From Balanoglossus misakiensis (lineage: Eukaryota; Animalia; Hemichordata): DNA of 64,000 nt. Both the position numbers and the translations under genes were made by a program. The stretch is taken from positions 2,627,258 through 2,691,257 of the forward strand of contig CM082591.2 in assembly GCA_040954595.2 (NCBI GenBank). The letters are read 5' to 3'. Of this stretch, positions 60,341 through 64,000 are shown one piece after another (the stretch's first letter is position 1; each line of letters opens with the position of its first letter). Under the pieces are notes generated by a model, which was not told where the DNA came from, did not search any database, and saw only the letters and a list, made by a program, of their open reading frames with translations.

Positions 60341-61134
60341 CACATAAAACACCTTCATTGGGTTAAATAACTAAAGCTCAACACAACTTTTCATGCAGGT
60401 CTAAACCCGTCTTACTGCGCAGGTACAAAACGTGTCCAGAAATTCGCTGCGCAAAACCACCCTTATTGCTAGTTTTTGAATGGACTAATAAGTCATCATA
60501 AATTATGTTGTGTAAGCAGTACCATTGTACATTTTCCTCATAAACTTAACTAAACCATATGTGTTTGCTACCGATGTTCTTTTCGTATTTTATTAGTGAT
60601 TTAGGATAAATTTCAGGCCATGCAAAATTTCAATTTCAGACCAGACAGAGAAGTTAAATATAAGTTGAATTGGCATGAATTTGGTAAAGTTGTCAGTAAA
60701 TACAAAATCTTTTTTCATCAGGGAAGTATTCTAATGATGGAAACTTCCAGAAACCATAGCTGACACACACACAGATAAAACGTGGAGAAATACGAGATGG
60801 GGTGACTGTATTGTAACTATGACGGTGCATGCGTACACGGCACGATTGTATGCAAATTGAAATGACTTCAGATTGGAAACACTGGCTCCAGTGGAGATTA
60901 TCTCCCTTGCAACAATACGGGTTCAAGTGTCTGCCTGTTTACGACTTAGACAATCAGTTTTAACATCACCCAGTTATAAGACTCATTGTCCAGCGAATGG
61001 GGTCACCCCTAAACACATTGGACACTGCCCTCTCCATTTGAATACGAACAATCGCGAGCAGTCACGAGCTCCCTCTAATAGTTCTGTGGTGACTTCGTGC
61101 AAAGCTCACGTGGTTCAAAAACATCACCACCAAA

Positions 61135-61225
61135 TATAGTCTAGAATCCAGACTTGTGTGTTCTTGCACTATGCTCCATGTAGAGCATAGCATAGAAACA
61201 CACTAGTCCTGGATTCTAGACTATA
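61135..61225. repeat. Short foldback (hairpin) element, TATAGTCTAGAATCCAG...CTGGATTCTAGACTATA
   Basis: Perfect 17-bp terminal arms plus an inner CTATGCTC/GAGCATAG stem. Confidence 0.8.
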
Positions 61226-64000
61226 CCAGACATAATTATAAAACTTGAAAATTTATAAACTAGTTTATCACTACGACTCAGGAAAAGGGTTTGTGTAGTC
61301 TGAAATTGTATACTAGGTCATGAAACCAGGAGCAATAAAAAAATCTATAAACGAGTACCCAAGTTTTTGCATAAACATGTTTATAACTTTACTTGGCAAC
61401 AATAGCCAGTGAAAAAGTGACAGAGTATCAGCTGTATATTCAAAGACCCTGGACTGACCCACATCCGGGTATAGACATAAATCTCAATAAAGAGGGACAT
61501 TGCCGTAACTATTTTTTCGTTCACAAGTTCTACATTTAACTGTAGTTTTTTGGTCTACAGAACTGATCGAAAGTTACGTCTGATTGGCTAACTCACGGCT
61601 AACAACGGATCAGCCCAGTGTTAGCTAATTCAGTAATTGCCACGTTTGTTCGTACAGCGTGTGTCAGTGTGTAGAAAGCCTGATGCACCCTGTTCCATAT
61701 TTATAAGCCATGCCTAGGTCCGAGACAGACTGTACATTATGTTCACTTTTTATTACAGTGAACCAAAATTGCCTCATTTGTAATTCAAAATGGCCACGGT
61801 CTTTTCTCTACGAGATTAACACCCTAACAGTGTCTCTTTGAAGTTTCCAAATTAACCCTGGTCTCACAAAGGGCCTTCATTTTCCATCAAAGTATTTAGA
61901 CTGAAAGAATATCAAAGAGAATCTGTTATGAGATGAAAATAGAAAGCTGTGTAGGAACCTTGTGGAGACAGGGACACCAAACCACGGTAATCTTTCTTGC
62001 AACATCGGAAATCATCCGACAAGACGACTAGATAGATATGACCGAGAGCCTTGAGTTATTCAAATATTTGGAGACAGCCAAGCAAAAGATGATTCCCTTG
62101 AAGGCCCTGTTGTGATGAACGGCAGGTGGGATGCCGACAGAACGGGGAGAAGAAAAAAAAACAAAGCAAGCAATGCGTTGCTTAAGTCTAGCAACAAAAG
62201 ACACAGATTGTTGTGTACATGTACTTTTCACGTAAAGCGCAGACACAAATTCTAAGTTACTAAATCGTGCATTCACACTGACTGCCTTCTGATTGTGTTG
62301 TAAAAAGGCTGATCCAGGATTCGTTTAACCTTTTGAAATCATCCGGCAATCAGTCCGGCAGAACTGTCTTCTTATAGACAGACATATCACTCAGCCCCTT
62401 ATTTGGAAAACGCTTATCGTCAACACAGATAAGTGAACCAGACACCTGTTTCAATGTCAGCAAATTTATGAAATCCGGCCTTCTTTTTTATCAACACCAG
62501 AATTTTCCGCGAGGTCCCTCCCCCTTCATTTAAATACACATAGGCAAAAACAATGTGCTTAACGCACTGAAAAATGCCGAAATTGTCGAAACGCAGGGAA
62601 ATCAATTTAAAGAGCTTCGCACTTAAATATTGATGACACACTATTGATTATGAGAAGGCGGTCTCTTTTATTGTTGAGAAATCATATACCGAAAGGCCAG
62701 GTACGGTGGGCATGTGTTGTAGTCTATCCTGTCTAGTTCCAAGACAAGAAGCTTTATATTTTCAATTTCTGATGACTTACAAAACCTGATTTTCCACGAA
62801 CAATCCAAAAATTAATAAATGTAAAATAAACTAAACATGCATAAGCTTTATAAATAATACCCACAATTTAAAACTTCCCGATCACTTCAAAAGTTTAAAT
62901 GTACAGATTTTAACCATAGGATTGGTCATTGTTGCAGACACTCAGAGAATTCCCAATTGCATGAATAACAGCCATTGTATTACGAGCAATTACTTTAAAA
63001 CAGTCTGCGAGTCTTAATTGGATGTTCGCTGAGAACTAAACACAGTTTTCTAGATGCCTGCCACATGGCTATCATTAAGTCTGACATGATGTACAATTTC
63101 ATATCTATTGAATGAATGAACAATGGACCAGTTTGAATGTAATTTCACGCTTATTTACGTATCTCTGAGAGAATATGCAGGTAGATAGTGGTGAGAAACC
63201 ATTATCTATGACAAAAATTATTTCCAAGTCAATGCATGATTAGAATAATTGTGAATTTGCCTTTTGTTTCCCCACATGTTGAAATGTTAATGCTTATTCT
63301 CCCCAGTGGGAATTTTTTTTTGCTTTGTTGAAAGACTTCATTCAGCAGTGAGCATTTGATTGCGGCCATCTGCTTCAAATAATACTCTACTGTCAGTCTT
63401 TGTCTGCCTAAAAAATTAAAAACTGCTCTAGAAGACTATATTTTTTAAGAAAAGAGGTCAGTTCCAGGTCATGATGGGAAGGGACATGTGAGGCGGCCAT
63501 TTTGTTGTTACTGCATTGTTACAGATATCATTCTGTATCCTCTTCTCACAAAAAATTAATACAAAGTGGATTAACCTTTGGTTCTGATAAGAAATTGATG
63601 TCAAGGATGTCAAGCTAATTAACCCTTTTATCTTCATAGTTCAGTCGTAACTCATTGTTTTCTATGGTAAGGTTTGAGGGAGCACATTGATGGTTTCACA
63701 TGTTTAAAACCTTGAAATAAAACTTGTAAAGAACTAAATCCTGATTTTGACCCCGATTATGAGATTTGGCACTTTCACGAAGTTTCAGTTTTTTCTACAA
63801 TTATGATTTAATTAGGCATGTTCCACACAGGATACTAAACTCATCCTTATATAAAATTTAGCCAGTACATTTTTTTAGCTCAACCAAAATATCAGGAAAT
63901 TTTGCGTTACACAATAAAGACAGTCCACACAGACAGTTCCACAGCTGTTTACTTCTCACTGATGTAAATCCCTAACCCTTAATCAAATTCCTTTCGTACA

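Overview
AT-rich animal genomic DNA with spliceosomal GT-AG introns. It is probably a marine invertebrate deuterostome such as a hemichordate; this is inferred from repeat style and protein similarity, not proven. Two convergent multi-exon genes can be assembled by hand with consistent splice phases. (1) On the + strand, CDS 28312-36236 (9 coding exons, 5880 nt, 1959 aa) encodes a strongly rearranged polybromo-1 (PBRM1/BAF180) paralogue. It keeps only the BD5- and BD6-like bromodomains and the BAH2-like domain. A 4.6-kb last exon then adds five HMG boxes, a polyalanine tract, a C2H2 finger, PxDLS CtBP-type motifs and an AT-hook, and there is no recognisable PBRM1 C-terminus. This is the most novel object in the window. 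(2) On the - strand, 56478-48705 holds the last 12 coding exons of homeodomain-interacting protein kinase (HIPK); its kinase N-lobe exon lies beyond the window end. The first ~28 kb has no credible coding sequence and may be 5'UTR introns or regulatory DNA of the polybromo-like gene. Several non-autonomous DNA transposon (MITE) families, a (TATG)n microsatellite, a 16-bp minisatellite and a duplicated HIPK splice acceptor are also present. Nearly all short ORFs in the supplied track are spurious or are exon fragments.
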